Below, in pieces: positions 23,738 through 32,767 of a DNA stretch of 64,000 nucleotides (its first letter is position 1; each line of letters begins with the position of its first letter). The notes under the pieces are model-generated. The model was not told the origin of the DNA. It saw only the letters and a program-made list of their open reading frames with translations, and did not search any database. The DNA is from Candidatus Eiseniibacteriota bacterium (lineage in GTDB: Bacteria > Eisenbacteria > RBG-16-71-46). Both the position numbers and the translations under genes were made by a program. The stretch lies in NCBI GenBank assembly GCA_963776245.1, contig CAVZLN010000003.1, positions 928,001-992,000 on the forward strand. The letters are read 5' to 3'.

Positions 23738-25087
23738 TCAGGCGGCGGTGGCCCGCCGCGCGTCGATCGCGCGCGTGACCACGATGAACACCATCATCGC
23801 CGCGAACGAGACCGCGCCGACGATCGCGAACGCGTACCAGAGGTAGTGGGCGTGCGCGTACGCCTCGGGCATCGGGCCCTGCCCGGCGAGCGCCAGGGTG
23901 TGCTGCGCCTGCACCGCGGCCGGCAGCTCCCGGGGGTTCGGGCAGAACATCTTCAGCATGTACCCGCCGAAGATGAATCCGAACAGCCACGCGAAGAAGG
24001 TGTTCAGGTGCGCGTAGCCCAGATAGAGGCCCTCGCGCCCCGGCGGCGCCTGCTTCGAGGCGAACTCCAGGTACTTCGGGCTCAGGAAGCACTCGGCGAA
24101 GCCCTGGATGGCGATGCCGATCACCATCATCACCGTGATCGGATGCACCGGCGCCCCGAAGAGGATGAGGTTGCCGTGGAACAGGTGCGCGGCGGACATC
24201 GCCAGCGAGGACAGCGGGATCAGGGTCATCGCCACCGCGATCGAGACCGCGGGCGCCCAGTTGCGCACCAGGTGGGTGACCGCGACCACGCACAGCACCA
24301 CCACGAACGGGTTCACGTTGGCGTACCACTCCGGCTTGTAGGACTCGCCCGCCATGCGCATCACGTAGTCCGGCATCGAGGCGTAGAGCTGGCCCTGGAT
24401 CGCCCAGAACCCCGCGGTGATCAGGATGAGCGCGGTGAAGCGCAGGTTGGTCATCGCCGTGAGCATGCCGGCCAGCGTCTCGCGGGCGCTGTGCGGACGG
24501 CTGGCGCCGTTCTCCGCCGGGCGGTAGAACAGCGCCACCACGATCAGCGCGATGAGCGCGGCCGCGGCCGAGAAGTACGGCACGTTCTGCACCCCGAGCT
24601 GGAGCCGCACCGGCGCGGCGATGGTCTTGCCGGTGAACGATCCGATGTTCACCATCATGTAGAAGATGCTGAACGCGCGCGCGCGGTTGGCGTCGCTCGA
24701 GGACTTCGACGCGGTGGCGGTGATCACCGGCTTCACGAACGCGCCGCCGAGGACGATGAGCGCCAGCGCGCCGAACACCGGCACGAGCCCGTGGGACGCC
24801 CCGAGCAGGGCGTACCCTGCCGTCAGCAGCGCGAAGGCGAGCAGCAGCGAGCGGCGGAACCCCAGCCGGTCGGCCGCCGCGCCGGTGAAGAACGGGAACA
24901 GGTAGATGAAGGCGCTGAAGAACGCGCCCACGTAGCCCGCCGCCACGTCCCCGAGGCCGACGATGTCGAGCAGGAACTTCCGCAGGACGATGAAGGTGCC
25001 GTAGTAGGCCGAGCGCTCGAACAGCTCGGCGACGTTGGCGGTCCAGAAGGCGCGCGGGAAGCGCCAGGTGGTCGAGATCTCGGTCAT
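23738..25087 (-). CDS. MFS transporter (POT/PTR-like)
   Basis: FWTANVAELFERSAYYG (ExxER), ADRLGFRR, FVKP, AFSIFYMMVNIGS, ECFLSPK. Confidence 0.9.
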   Translation of the reverse strand: MTEISTTWRFPRAFWTANVAELFERSAYYGTFIVLRKFLLDIVGLGDVAAGYVGAFFSAFIYLFPFFTGAAADRLGFRRSLLLAFALLTAGYALLGASHGLVPVFGALALIVLGGAFVKPVITATASKSSSDANRARAFSIFYMMVNIGSFTGKTIAAPVRLQLGVQNVPYFSAAAALIALIVVALFYRPAENGASRPHSARETLAGMLTAMTNLRFTALILITAGFWAIQGQLYASMPDYVMRMAGESYKPEWYANVNPFVVVLCVVAVTHLVRNWAPAVSIAVAMTLIPLSSLAMSAAHLFHGNLILFGAPVHPITVMMVIGIAIQGFAECFLSPKYLEFASKQAPPGREGLYLGYAHLNTFFAWLFGFIFGGYMLKMFCPNPRELPAAVQAQHTLALAGQGPMPEAYAHAHYLWYAFAIVGAVSFAAMMVFIVVTRAIDARRATAA

Positions 25088-25299
25088 GCCGTCGCTCCGG
25101 TGCGCGTGAAGGTCGAGGGGGAGCCGCAGCCTGACCGAATCGGCGTCCGCGGGCAACCGGCGCCCGCGCCGGTGCCCGGCTCCAGGTCGGCCTCGGCGCC
25201 CGCTTCCGCCGCTCGGGGCCGACCGGGGTCGCGGGGCACGAGGGGTTGCGGCGCGGCGCGCCCGCGCCTACGTTCTAAGCAGTCCCGGAGCCCGACCCC

Positions 25300-26349
25300 A
25301 TGATCGCGCCCGATCTTCCGCTCATCGATCTGCACCGCCACCTCGAGGGCAGCGTGCGCCTTTCGACGGTGCTCGACCTCGGCCGGCGGCACGGGCTGCC
25401 GCTGCCGGCGTGGGACGAGGATGGGCTGCGCCCGCACGCCACCGTCAGCGCTCCCACTCCCGGCGTGATGGCGTTCATCGACCGTTTCCGTTGCGCCACG
25501 CTCGCGATGGTGGACACCGCCGCGTGCCGCCGGATGGCGGAGGAGTGCGTCGCGGACGCCGCGCGCGAAGGGATCGACCATCTCGAGCTGCGCTTCAGCC
25601 CGTGGTTCATGGCGGTGACCCACGCGCTCGATCCGGCCGAAGTGGTCGAGGCGGTGGTGGAGGGCGCGCTCACCGCCGCCCACGAGCACGGCGTGAGTCT
25701 CGGGCTCATCGGCATCCTCAGCCGCACCTACGGGACGGAGGTGGCGGCGCGCGAACTGGACGCGCTGCTCACGGCGCGCGAGTGGATCGTGGCGCTCGAC
25801 CTCGCGGGGGACGAGGCGCGCTTCCCGGCGCCGCTGTTCGCCCCGCACTTCCGTCGCGCGCGCGATGCCGGGTGGCACGTCACCGTGCACGCCGGGGAGG
25901 TGGCGGGAGCGGAGAGCGTGGCCGCGGCGATCCGCGACCTGGGCGCCGAGCGCATCGGCCACGCGGTGCGCGCCATCGACGAACCGGCGCTGCTCGACCT
26001 GATGGCGGCGCGCGGCATCGGCATCGAGGCCAACCTCACGAGCAACGTGCAGACCAGCACGGTTGCGGGCTACGCCGCCCACCCGATGCGCGCGTTCCTC
26101 GAGCGCGGCCTGCTCGCCAGCCTCAACACCGACGATCCGAGCATCAGCGGCATCGACCTGCCTCACGAGTACGAGGTGGCGGCGCCCGCGGCCGGGCTGG
26201 ACGCCGCGCGCATCCGGGTGGCGCAGGCCAACGCGCTCGCAACCGCGTTCCTTTCGGAGCATCAGAAGCGGGGACTCGCCGAGGCGGGGAACGCGCGCGC
26301 CGCGACCCGGCGGGCGACCGAAGCCTCCATCACGAGGAGAGAGCCATGA
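25300..26349 (+). CDS. add: Adenosine deaminase
   Basis: DLHRHLEGS, ELRFSP, DLAGDE, TVHAGE, ERIGH, LNTDDP. Confidence 0.93.
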   Translation: MIAPDLPLIDLHRHLEGSVRLSTVLDLGRRHGLPLPAWDEDGLRPHATVSAPTPGVMAFIDRFRCATLAMVDTAACRRMAEECVADAAREGIDHLELRFSPWFMAVTHALDPAEVVEAVVEGALTAAHEHGVSLGLIGILSRTYGTEVAARELDALLTAREWIVALDLAGDEARFPAPLFAPHFRRARDAGWHVTVHAGEVAGAESVAAAIRDLGAERIGHAVRAIDEPALLDLMAARGIGIEANLTSNVQTSTVAGYAAHPMRAFLERGLLASLNTDDPSISGIDLPHEYEVAAPAAGLDAARIRVAQANALATAFLSEHQKRGLAEAGNARAATRRATEASITRREP

Positions 26350-26738
26350 GTGAGGCCGGGCACGACGAAGTGGGGAGCATCGGCTGGGTGGACCTCACGG
26401 TCCCGGACGCCGACGCCCTCCGCGAGTTCTACCGGAGCGTGGTGGGGTGGAGTTCGGCCGCGGTGGACATGGGGGGCTACGACGACTGGACCATGAGCAC
26501 GCCGGAGAGCGGCATGGCCGTGGCCGGCGTGTGCCACGCGCGCGGCGTGAACGTGGGGCTGCCCACGCAGTGGCTGGTGTACGTCACCGTGGCCGATCTC
26601 GACCGCAGCCTGACGCGCTGCGCCGAGCTGGGCGGCGCGGTGCTCGCGGGGCCCCGGGACATGGGCGGGCACGGCCGCTTCGCGGTGATCCGCGATCCCG
26701 CCGGCGCGGTGGTGGCGCTGCGCGAAGCGCGGCGCTGA
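26346..26738 (+). CDS. VOC/glyoxalase family protein
   Basis: IGWVDLTVPDA...FYRSVVGW, WLVYVTVADLD, GRFAVIRDPAGA; ATGA overlap with add. Confidence 0.9.
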   Translation: MSEAGHDEVGSIGWVDLTVPDADALREFYRSVVGWSSAAVDMGGYDDWTMSTPESGMAVAGVCHARGVNVGLPTQWLVYVTVADLDRSLTRCAELGGAVLAGPRDMGGHGRFAVIRDPAGAVVALREARR

Positions 26739-26813
26739 GCGCGCCCGCCGCATCGACACCGCGCGCCCGGAGCGTTCGCCCCGGGCGCGCGTGATGTCTG
26801 CGGATGCGCCGCG

Positions 26814-29186
26814 CTAGCGGCTGCGCACCGCTGAGTCGAGATACGCGCGGATCGCCTTGAACTGCCCGGCGCCGTCGAGGCCGGCCTCGGCCAGCACGGC
26901 CCCACCCTGTCCGCTGCCGGGGAAATGCCCCCTGGCGTAGGGGTGCAATGTGGCGGTGCGGCCGCGCTCGGAGCGCACCCACCGGTAGAGGGTGGCGAGC
27001 GTGAACCCGGTGATGCCCATCGCCTCCTGCGCGCGCGCCTCGGGGAAGATGCGTTCGCGCTCCGCGGCCGGCAGCGCGTCGAACAGCTCGGCGCTGGCGA
27101 CGTAGTACACGTCGAGGTCGATGCCCGCCTTCTCGAGCAGCGGCAGCACATCGGCCACGAACGCGAGCGTGACGGCGCTCTCCTGCAGCACCACCACGCC
27201 GTCGGCGGTCCCCCTGGGCGCGCGCAGGCGGTACACCCCGGTGCTCGCCGCGGTCACCGGCGCCAGCCCGAGCTTCGCGCGGTCGGGCACGGTCTCGTTG
27301 GGGCGGGTCACGAACGGCGCGATCACCGCCGGCCGGCGCGCGAGCGCGGCCGAGACCAGCGTCCACATCTCGGCCGGCTCCCACGGGGTGAGCGTGATGG
27401 AGGTGCCGGGCGGGAAGTTCTCCTGCAGCAGCTGGAGCGCCTGCGGGTCGGCGTGCGTCGGGCCGTCCTCGCCGGTCTTCAGGCCCGCGTGCGCGCCCAC
27501 CAGGATCATCGGCCGGTACTCGCCGCCGAACGCGTGGGTGCGCGCCTGATTGCCGATCGCGTGCAGGCGCGCCGCGATGTGCGCGAGCGGGGCGAGGAAC
27601 GCGGCGTACGACGACGCCACGCCGATGTGGTGCCCGTACGACCCGAGGCCGGAGCACACCCCGGCCATCGCGTCCTCGCAGATGCCGCCGATCGAGAGCG
27701 TGCGCGCCCCGGCATTGGTGCGCGCGTTCCAGTACCCGGGCGGGAACCCGCTCGCGACCGTGTTGACGCTGGTGGAGCCGAGCAGATCGGCGGACATCAC
27801 GAACAGCGCGCCGTTCGACTCCTTGTTGTAGTGGCTTAAGACCTTGCCGAGCTCGCCGCGCAACGTGGTGACGGTGCCGGGCGCCAGCCGCAGCGGTTCG
27901 GGCACCGCGTCGCCCTGGCGCTCGGCCAGCGCGTACACCTTGGCGACCTCCGGAGCGCCGGCGCGCGGCTTGCGCGCGCGCTTCGCCAGCCGCTCGCGCG
28001 AGGCGCGCAGCCGGGCGGCGAAGAACTTCACCGTGTCCGCGCGCTTCTGCAGTTCGACGCGCACGATCTGGAGCGCGTCCCACATGCACGCTTCCATCAC
28101 GCCCGCCCCGTCGGCGACGGCGCAGCGCGGAGCGCTCATGCCCTTGCACGACGGCAGGGTCACCACGCGGCCCTCGAGCAGCGGCTCGAGCGCGGCGTAG
28201 AAGCCGTCGGAGCACAGCCCGTGACCGGCGCCGTGCGAGGCGCGGCCCTCGATGCCGTACTGCCAGCCCTTCACGGTGCGGTACACGATCGCGGTGGGCT
28301 GCCCGGTGTCGAACGTGGCCGCGAGGCGCTGCGCGGCCAGGACCTGCTGGAAGTCCTTGCCGTCCGGCACCGCGATCACGTTCCAGTCGTGCAGGTATGC
28401 CAGCTCGGCCGGCGTCCACTGTACGTAGTCGCCGGGCTGCTCGCCGTCGCGGCACACCTGGTTCGAGTCGATCGAGGCCTGGTTCCAGTCCACGTGCAGC
28501 AGCGCGTTGTCGAGCGACGCGGTGCCGGCGGCGGCGAGCGCCTCGGCGACGCGGCCGGGGGTGAGCCCGCCCTCGCCCTCGACGATGTGCACGCGCGGCG
28601 CGTCGGCGCCGAAGTGGTCGCGCGCCCCGAACGCCAGACCGAGCGAGGCCGAGACGCCCACTCCCGACGCGCCGGTCGAGAGGCGCACGAACGGCGTGGC
28701 CGGCGTGGGATGACCGTCGAGCGCCTTGACCCCGAAGCGCGCGAACAACGGCGTGCTCGCGGTCGGATTGCGGCGGAAGCCGAGCAGGTCCTCGAGCCGC
28801 AACTGGTGGGACTCCTCGCGCGGCAGCAGGTCGGGCGCCCCGACCCGCAGGATCTCGTTGCGCAGCGCCCACAGCGCGTACAGGCCGAGCGCCTTGTGGC
28901 CGGCGGCGTACGACACCATGTCCGCGTCCTCGCGCTCGGGCGACGACGGGTCGTACTCCATGGCGTCGAACAGGAGCCCCTGCACGAAGCGCCCGGACGA
29001 GATGGAGCCGCCCGGGTGGCCCGACAGGGGAACGTAGTTGTAGAGGAGCGCGACCAGCGAGCGGTAGACGAGATCGAAGGACTCGAAGTGCGCGAGCTCT
29101 TGAGCCGAGAGCGGCGCCGGGCCGGTCTTCATCGCCTCCGCGAGGTCGACGAAGCGGCCACGCCGCGGACCGAATGCGAGTGCCAT
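26814..29186 (-). CDS. Transketolase-like thiamine diphosphate enzyme (atypical)
   Basis: SGHPGGSIS, GHK, LDGHP, STGASG, EGEGG...DWN, SADL, GICEDAM, GEDGPTH; 790 aa. Confidence 0.85.
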   Translation of the reverse strand: MALAFGPRRGRFVDLAEAMKTGPAPLSAQELAHFESFDLVYRSLVALLYNYVPLSGHPGGSISSGRFVQGLLFDAMEYDPSSPEREDADMVSYAAGHKALGLYALWALRNEILRVGAPDLLPREESHQLRLEDLLGFRRNPTASTPLFARFGVKALDGHPTPATPFVRLSTGASGVGVSASLGLAFGARDHFGADAPRVHIVEGEGGLTPGRVAEALAAAGTASLDNALLHVDWNQASIDSNQVCRDGEQPGDYVQWTPAELAYLHDWNVIAVPDGKDFQQVLAAQRLAATFDTGQPTAIVYRTVKGWQYGIEGRASHGAGHGLCSDGFYAALEPLLEGRVVTLPSCKGMSAPRCAVADGAGVMEACMWDALQIVRVELQKRADTVKFFAARLRASRERLAKRARKPRAGAPEVAKVYALAERQGDAVPEPLRLAPGTVTTLRGELGKVLSHYNKESNGALFVMSADLLGSTSVNTVASGFPPGYWNARTNAGARTLSIGGICEDAMAGVCSGLGSYGHHIGVASSYAAFLAPLAHIAARLHAIGNQARTHAFGGEYRPMILVGAHAGLKTGEDGPTHADPQALQLLQENFPPGTSITLTPWEPAEMWTLVSAALARRPAVIAPFVTRPNETVPDRAKLGLAPVTAASTGVYRLRAPRGTADGVVVLQESAVTLAFVADVLPLLEKAGIDLDVYYVASAELFDALPAAERERIFPEARAQEAMGITGFTLATLYRWVRSERGRTATLHPYARGHFPGSGQGGAVLAEAGLDGAGQFKAIRAYLDSAVRSR

Positions 29187-29394
29187 GTGGTTCCCCCTGG
29201 TGGGCGCCGGAGCGTGGGGGACCGCGGCGCGGATGCGGGACACAGTCTCGCGCGCCGGACGCGGGCGCGTCAACGCGGGGGATGGGGCGGGGGGAAGGGG
29301 CGACGGGGCGCGAGCGGATCCCGTGCGCCCCGGCCGCATGCCCGGCCGAGCCCGCCATGGTGCGGGCCCCCGACGCGGGCTACACTCCCACGCC

Positions 29395-30021
29395 ATGCTC
29401 CTCGATCCGCGGACGATCTCGCCCGGCGCGATGTACCAGTTCATGATCGGCGTCATCGTGCCGCGGCCGATCGCGTTCATCTCCACGCGCGCCGCCGACG
29501 GGCGGCTGAACCTGGCGCCGTTCTCGTACTTCGTCCCGCTCACCAACCGCCCGCCGCTGGTGGGGGTGTCGATCCAGGAGCGCGCGGGCGTGCTCAAGGA
29601 CACCGCGCGCAACATCGAGGCCACCGGCGAGTTCGTCATCAACGTGGTGACCGAGCCGATGGCCGAGGGGATGGTGCTCGCCTCGGGCGACTGGCCGGCC
29701 CACGTGGACGAGTTCGCGCTCGCGGGCTTCACCGCGGCCGCCAGCGAGCGCGTGCGCCCGCCGCGCGTGGCGGAGTCGCCGGTGAGCCTCGAATGCCGCC
29801 TGCACCAGGTGATCGGGTTCGGGGTCGCGCGCTTCATCGTGGGCGAGGTGGTGCTCGCGCACGTGAAGGACGAGGTGCTGGACACCGGGGGCCGTGTGGA
29901 CCCGGCGAAGCTCGCCGCGGTCGGGCGGCTGGGCGGCGACGCCTACGCCCCGCTGCGCGACATCGTGCACATCGCACGCCCGGCCGCGGGCGCGATTGCG
30001 AAAGGAAGCGCCGAAGGGTGA
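29395..30021 (+). CDS. Flavin reductase family protein (DIM6/NTAB-like)
   Basis: IVPRPIAFIST, NLAPFSYF, KDTARNIEATGEFVIN, PPRVAESPVSLEC, VGRLGG. Confidence 0.9.
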   Translation: MLLDPRTISPGAMYQFMIGVIVPRPIAFISTRAADGRLNLAPFSYFVPLTNRPPLVGVSIQERAGVLKDTARNIEATGEFVINVVTEPMAEGMVLASGDWPAHVDEFALAGFTAAASERVRPPRVAESPVSLECRLHQVIGFGVARFIVGEVVLAHVKDEVLDTGGRVDPAKLAAVGRLGGDAYAPLRDIVHIARPAAGAIAKGSAEG

Positions 30022-30260
30022 GCGCCGGGCGCGCCGGCGCGCCACCCCCCGCGCCCGCTGGGGCAACGGCCCGGCCGACTTGCCCTTCAGCGGGCCCGGC
30101 GCCGAGGGGGCGGCGGGGCCGGCTGGCGCGGCCCCTGCTCATGATCCGCGGGTCGGCGGACGATGATGTCCAGCAGGATGCACCGCCCGGGGCCCACGGA
30201 TCGGCCCCGGCGCTTTCCCGGCCGATCGCTCCCTTGTGCCTTACCCTGAGGAGGCTACTG

Positions 30261-30884
30261 ATGAAGCGCTTCGCAGTCGTCGTGCTCGTGCTCTCGCTCG
30301 CGCTGCTGGCCACCGGCCAGGCGCGCGCGGCGGGGCCGCTGGAGTTCGGCATCAAGGCCGGACTTACCTCGTCCACGTTCACCGGGGCCGTCAGCCAGGC
30401 CAACGACCTGCAGTCCAACTCGGACATCACGGGCGGCGTCATGCTGGCTGTTTCGATCCCGATGATGCCGGTCGCGCTGCAGGGCGAGGCGCTGTTCGTC
30501 ACCAAGGGCGCCGACATCCCGCGCGCGCTGGGCAAGGACATGGTCCGCTTCCGCGACATCGAGTTCCCGGTGCTGGCGCGCGTCAGCCTGCCGGTGGCGA
30601 TGCCGGTCAAGCCGTTCGTGGTCGCCGGTCCGTCGTTCGCGTACAACATCGACGCCACCATCGATCCCGCCGATCCGGCGCTGCCGAAGACCGACCTGCA
30701 GAACGTGCGCAAGCTCGACACCGGGTTCGCCGTCGGCGCGGGCGCGCGGTTCTCGCTCGCCGGTTTCGGCGCGACGCTCGAGGGGCGCTACAATTCCTCG
30801 TTCTCCGACGTCCAGAACGACGCGAACAGCGCCCTTCCGGGCAAGAACGCCGTGTACACGTTCATGGTCGGGGTGGTGTTCTAG
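30261..30884 (+). CDS. Outer-membrane beta-barrel (porin/PorT-like) protein
   Basis: GAGGAGG RBS; signal peptide; FGIKAGLTSS, LQGEALFVTKG, IEFPVLAR, EGRY, terminal FMVGVVF. Confidence 0.8.
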   Translation: MKRFAVVVLVLSLALLATGQARAAGPLEFGIKAGLTSSTFTGAVSQANDLQSNSDITGGVMLAVSIPMMPVALQGEALFVTKGADIPRALGKDMVRFRDIEFPVLARVSLPVAMPVKPFVVAGPSFAYNIDATIDPADPALPKTDLQNVRKLDTGFAVGAGARFSLAGFGATLEGRYNSSFSDVQNDANSALPGKNAVYTFMVGVVF

Positions 30885-30970
30885 TCCCCACCGCTCCCGA
30901 TCCCGCCGCAGAGCTCCACGGCCCGCTCGCATCCGCGACGCGGGCCGTGGCCGATCCGGGTGGATCCGAC

Positions 30971-31327
30971 ATGGGAGAAGTCCGGCGCATCCCGGTGCGC
31001 ACCGAGGCCGAGCGGTGGACGCTCACGCAGCGCAACCTGTCGCTGTGGGACGTGCTCGACTTCTTCCCGGAGGACGCCGTGGGCCCGCGCGGCCCCGGGG
31101 ACGCGCCGCGCCCGTACGCGGTGAGGCCGGTGACCGTCGAGACCGACCTCGGCTTCGAGTTCGAGACCGACATCCAGTTCGGCACCTGGATGTTCCGCCC
31201 GCGGTCGCCGAAGGAGCCCGGCATGATGCGATGGTGCCGCGAAGTCGGCATGGCGGTGGGCGACTCGATCGTCTTCGAGAGGACCGGCGAGCGGCGCTAC
31301 CGGCTGCGGCTCGAGAAGGGCGGCTGA
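30971..31327 (+). CDS. Hypothetical protein (118 aa)
   Basis: ATG 30971 in a gap between genes; protein-like composition and GC-rich third positions; C-terminal MAVGDSIVFERTGERRYRLRLE. Confidence 0.6.
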   Translation: MGEVRRIPVRTEAERWTLTQRNLSLWDVLDFFPEDAVGPRGPGDAPRPYAVRPVTVETDLGFEFETDIQFGTWMFRPRSPKEPGMMRWCREVGMAVGDSIVFERTGERRYRLRLEKGG

Positions 31328-31397
31328 GGGAGCGCGGGTCCGGGCCCGGACGCCGCGCGGGCCCGCCCGCTCCGCCGGTTCGACCTCGCCGCCCGGG

Positions 31398-31619
31398 CTA
31401 CGCGGGGATCCGTTCCAGCAGCTCGCTCAACTCGGGAAAACGACCGAGTTCCTTCTTCGAGAAGATGAGCGTTCCATCGAGCGTGACCTCGAACACGCCG
31501 CCGCTGCCCTTCACCAGCCCGACCTCCACCTCACGGGACTTCCTCAGCTCGGCCGCCAGACCGACGGCCCGGGGCAGATACCCTCACTGCCCGCAGTAGG
31601 TGATCTCGACCTTCTTCAT
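31398..31619 (-). CDS. SelT/SelW/SelH (Rdx) family selenoprotein, CxxU motif
   Basis: GGAGGAG RBS; MKKVEITYCGQ-TGA(31586-31584)-GYLPRAVGLAAEL...GSGGVFEVTLDGTLIFSKKELGRFPE...; Rdx similarity continues past the UGA to TAG at 31400-31398 (73 aa). Confidence 0.9.
31551..31569 (-). promoter_or_regulatory. Putative bacterial SECIS hairpin
   Basis: 14 nt after the UGA: GGCCGUC-GGUCU-GGCGGCC stem-loop; apical GGUCU resembles the E. coli fdhF SECIS loop. Confidence 0.7.
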
Positions 31620-31749
31620 GGCTCCTCCCACGATCCGGTGACGCGCACGCGACCGCGCCGAATGTAGCGGAACGGCGGGCCGCGCGGCCAGCCGCGCCGG
31701 CGGCGGGCCTTGACCGCGGCGCGCCGGCCGGGGCAAGGTGCGAGTCGAG

Positions 31750-32748
31750 ATGTCCACCCGCACCCCATCGGTCGAGGAGCGCCTGCGACGCGCGCTCGGC
31801 GACGCGCTCCGCACGCGCGAGCCGCTGCGCCATCACACCACGTTCCGCATCGGCGGACCGGCCGACTACTTCTTCGAGGCGCGCACGCCGGGCCAGTTGG
31901 CGGCCGCGCTGGGGGCGGCGCACCAGGCGAACCTGCCGTGCTTCCTGCTCGGCGGCGGCAGCAACCTGCTGGTCTCGGACGAGGGCTACCGCGGGCTGGT
32001 GGTGCGCAACGCGTGCGAGGCGGTCACCTTCGACGGCAGCGCGGTGCACGTCGAGAGCGGCACCGACTTCCTCGATCTCATCCTGCGCTGCCGCGACCGG
32101 TCGCTCGCCGGGCTGGCGTTCGCGGCCGGCATCCCGGGATCGGTGGGGGGCGCGCTCTATGGCAACGCGGGCTGCTACGGGCAGGACATCGGCTCGTTCG
32201 TGATCGAGTGCACCGACGTCACCCCCGACGGCGCGAAGGTCGAGACCCGGCCGGCGGCGTGGTACGAGTTCGGCTACCGCGACTCGCGGCTGAAGCGCGA
32301 GCCGCGCGCGCTGCTCTCGTGCCTGCTCCAACTGGCGCCCGGCGACCGCGAGGCCATCCAGCGCGAGATCGACGAGAAGCTCGAGATCCGCCGCGTGAAG
32401 CACCCGCGCTGGCGCGTCGAGCCCACCGCGGGCTCGTACTTCAAGAACCTGCCGCCCGACTGGCGGATGCCGGGTGCGAAGCTCTCGCCCGGCACCCATC
32501 GCGTCGCCGCCGGGCAGTTGCTCGAGGAGTGCGGCTGCCGCGGCCTGCGCGTGGGCGACGCGCAGGTGTTCCCCCGCCACGCCAACATCATCGTGAACGC
32601 CGGCCATGCCAGCGCGCGCGACGTGCTCACGCTCGCGGAGATCATGAAGGCGCGCGCGAAGGCGCGGTTCGGCGTGGCGCTCGAGGAGGAAGTCATGTTC
32701 CTCGGGCCGCGGCCGGATCTCGGGCCGCTGGTGGACCCGGGCGCGTAG
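31750..32748 (+). CDS. murB: UDP-N-acetylmuramate dehydrogenase
   Basis: HTTFRIGGPAD, LGGGSNLLVSD, GIPGSVGGA..GNAG, FGYRDS, AGSYFKN, HANIIVN, LEEEV. Confidence 0.95.
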   Translation: MSTRTPSVEERLRRALGDALRTREPLRHHTTFRIGGPADYFFEARTPGQLAAALGAAHQANLPCFLLGGGSNLLVSDEGYRGLVVRNACEAVTFDGSAVHVESGTDFLDLILRCRDRSLAGLAFAAGIPGSVGGALYGNAGCYGQDIGSFVIECTDVTPDGAKVETRPAAWYEFGYRDSRLKREPRALLSCLLQLAPGDREAIQREIDEKLEIRRVKHPRWRVEPTAGSYFKNLPPDWRMPGAKLSPGTHRVAAGQLLEECGCRGLRVGDAQVFPRHANIIVNAGHASARDVLTLAEIMKARAKARFGVALEEEVMFLGPRPDLGPLVDPGA

Positions 32749-32767
32749 CCGGGGCGCGCGAGTCTGG

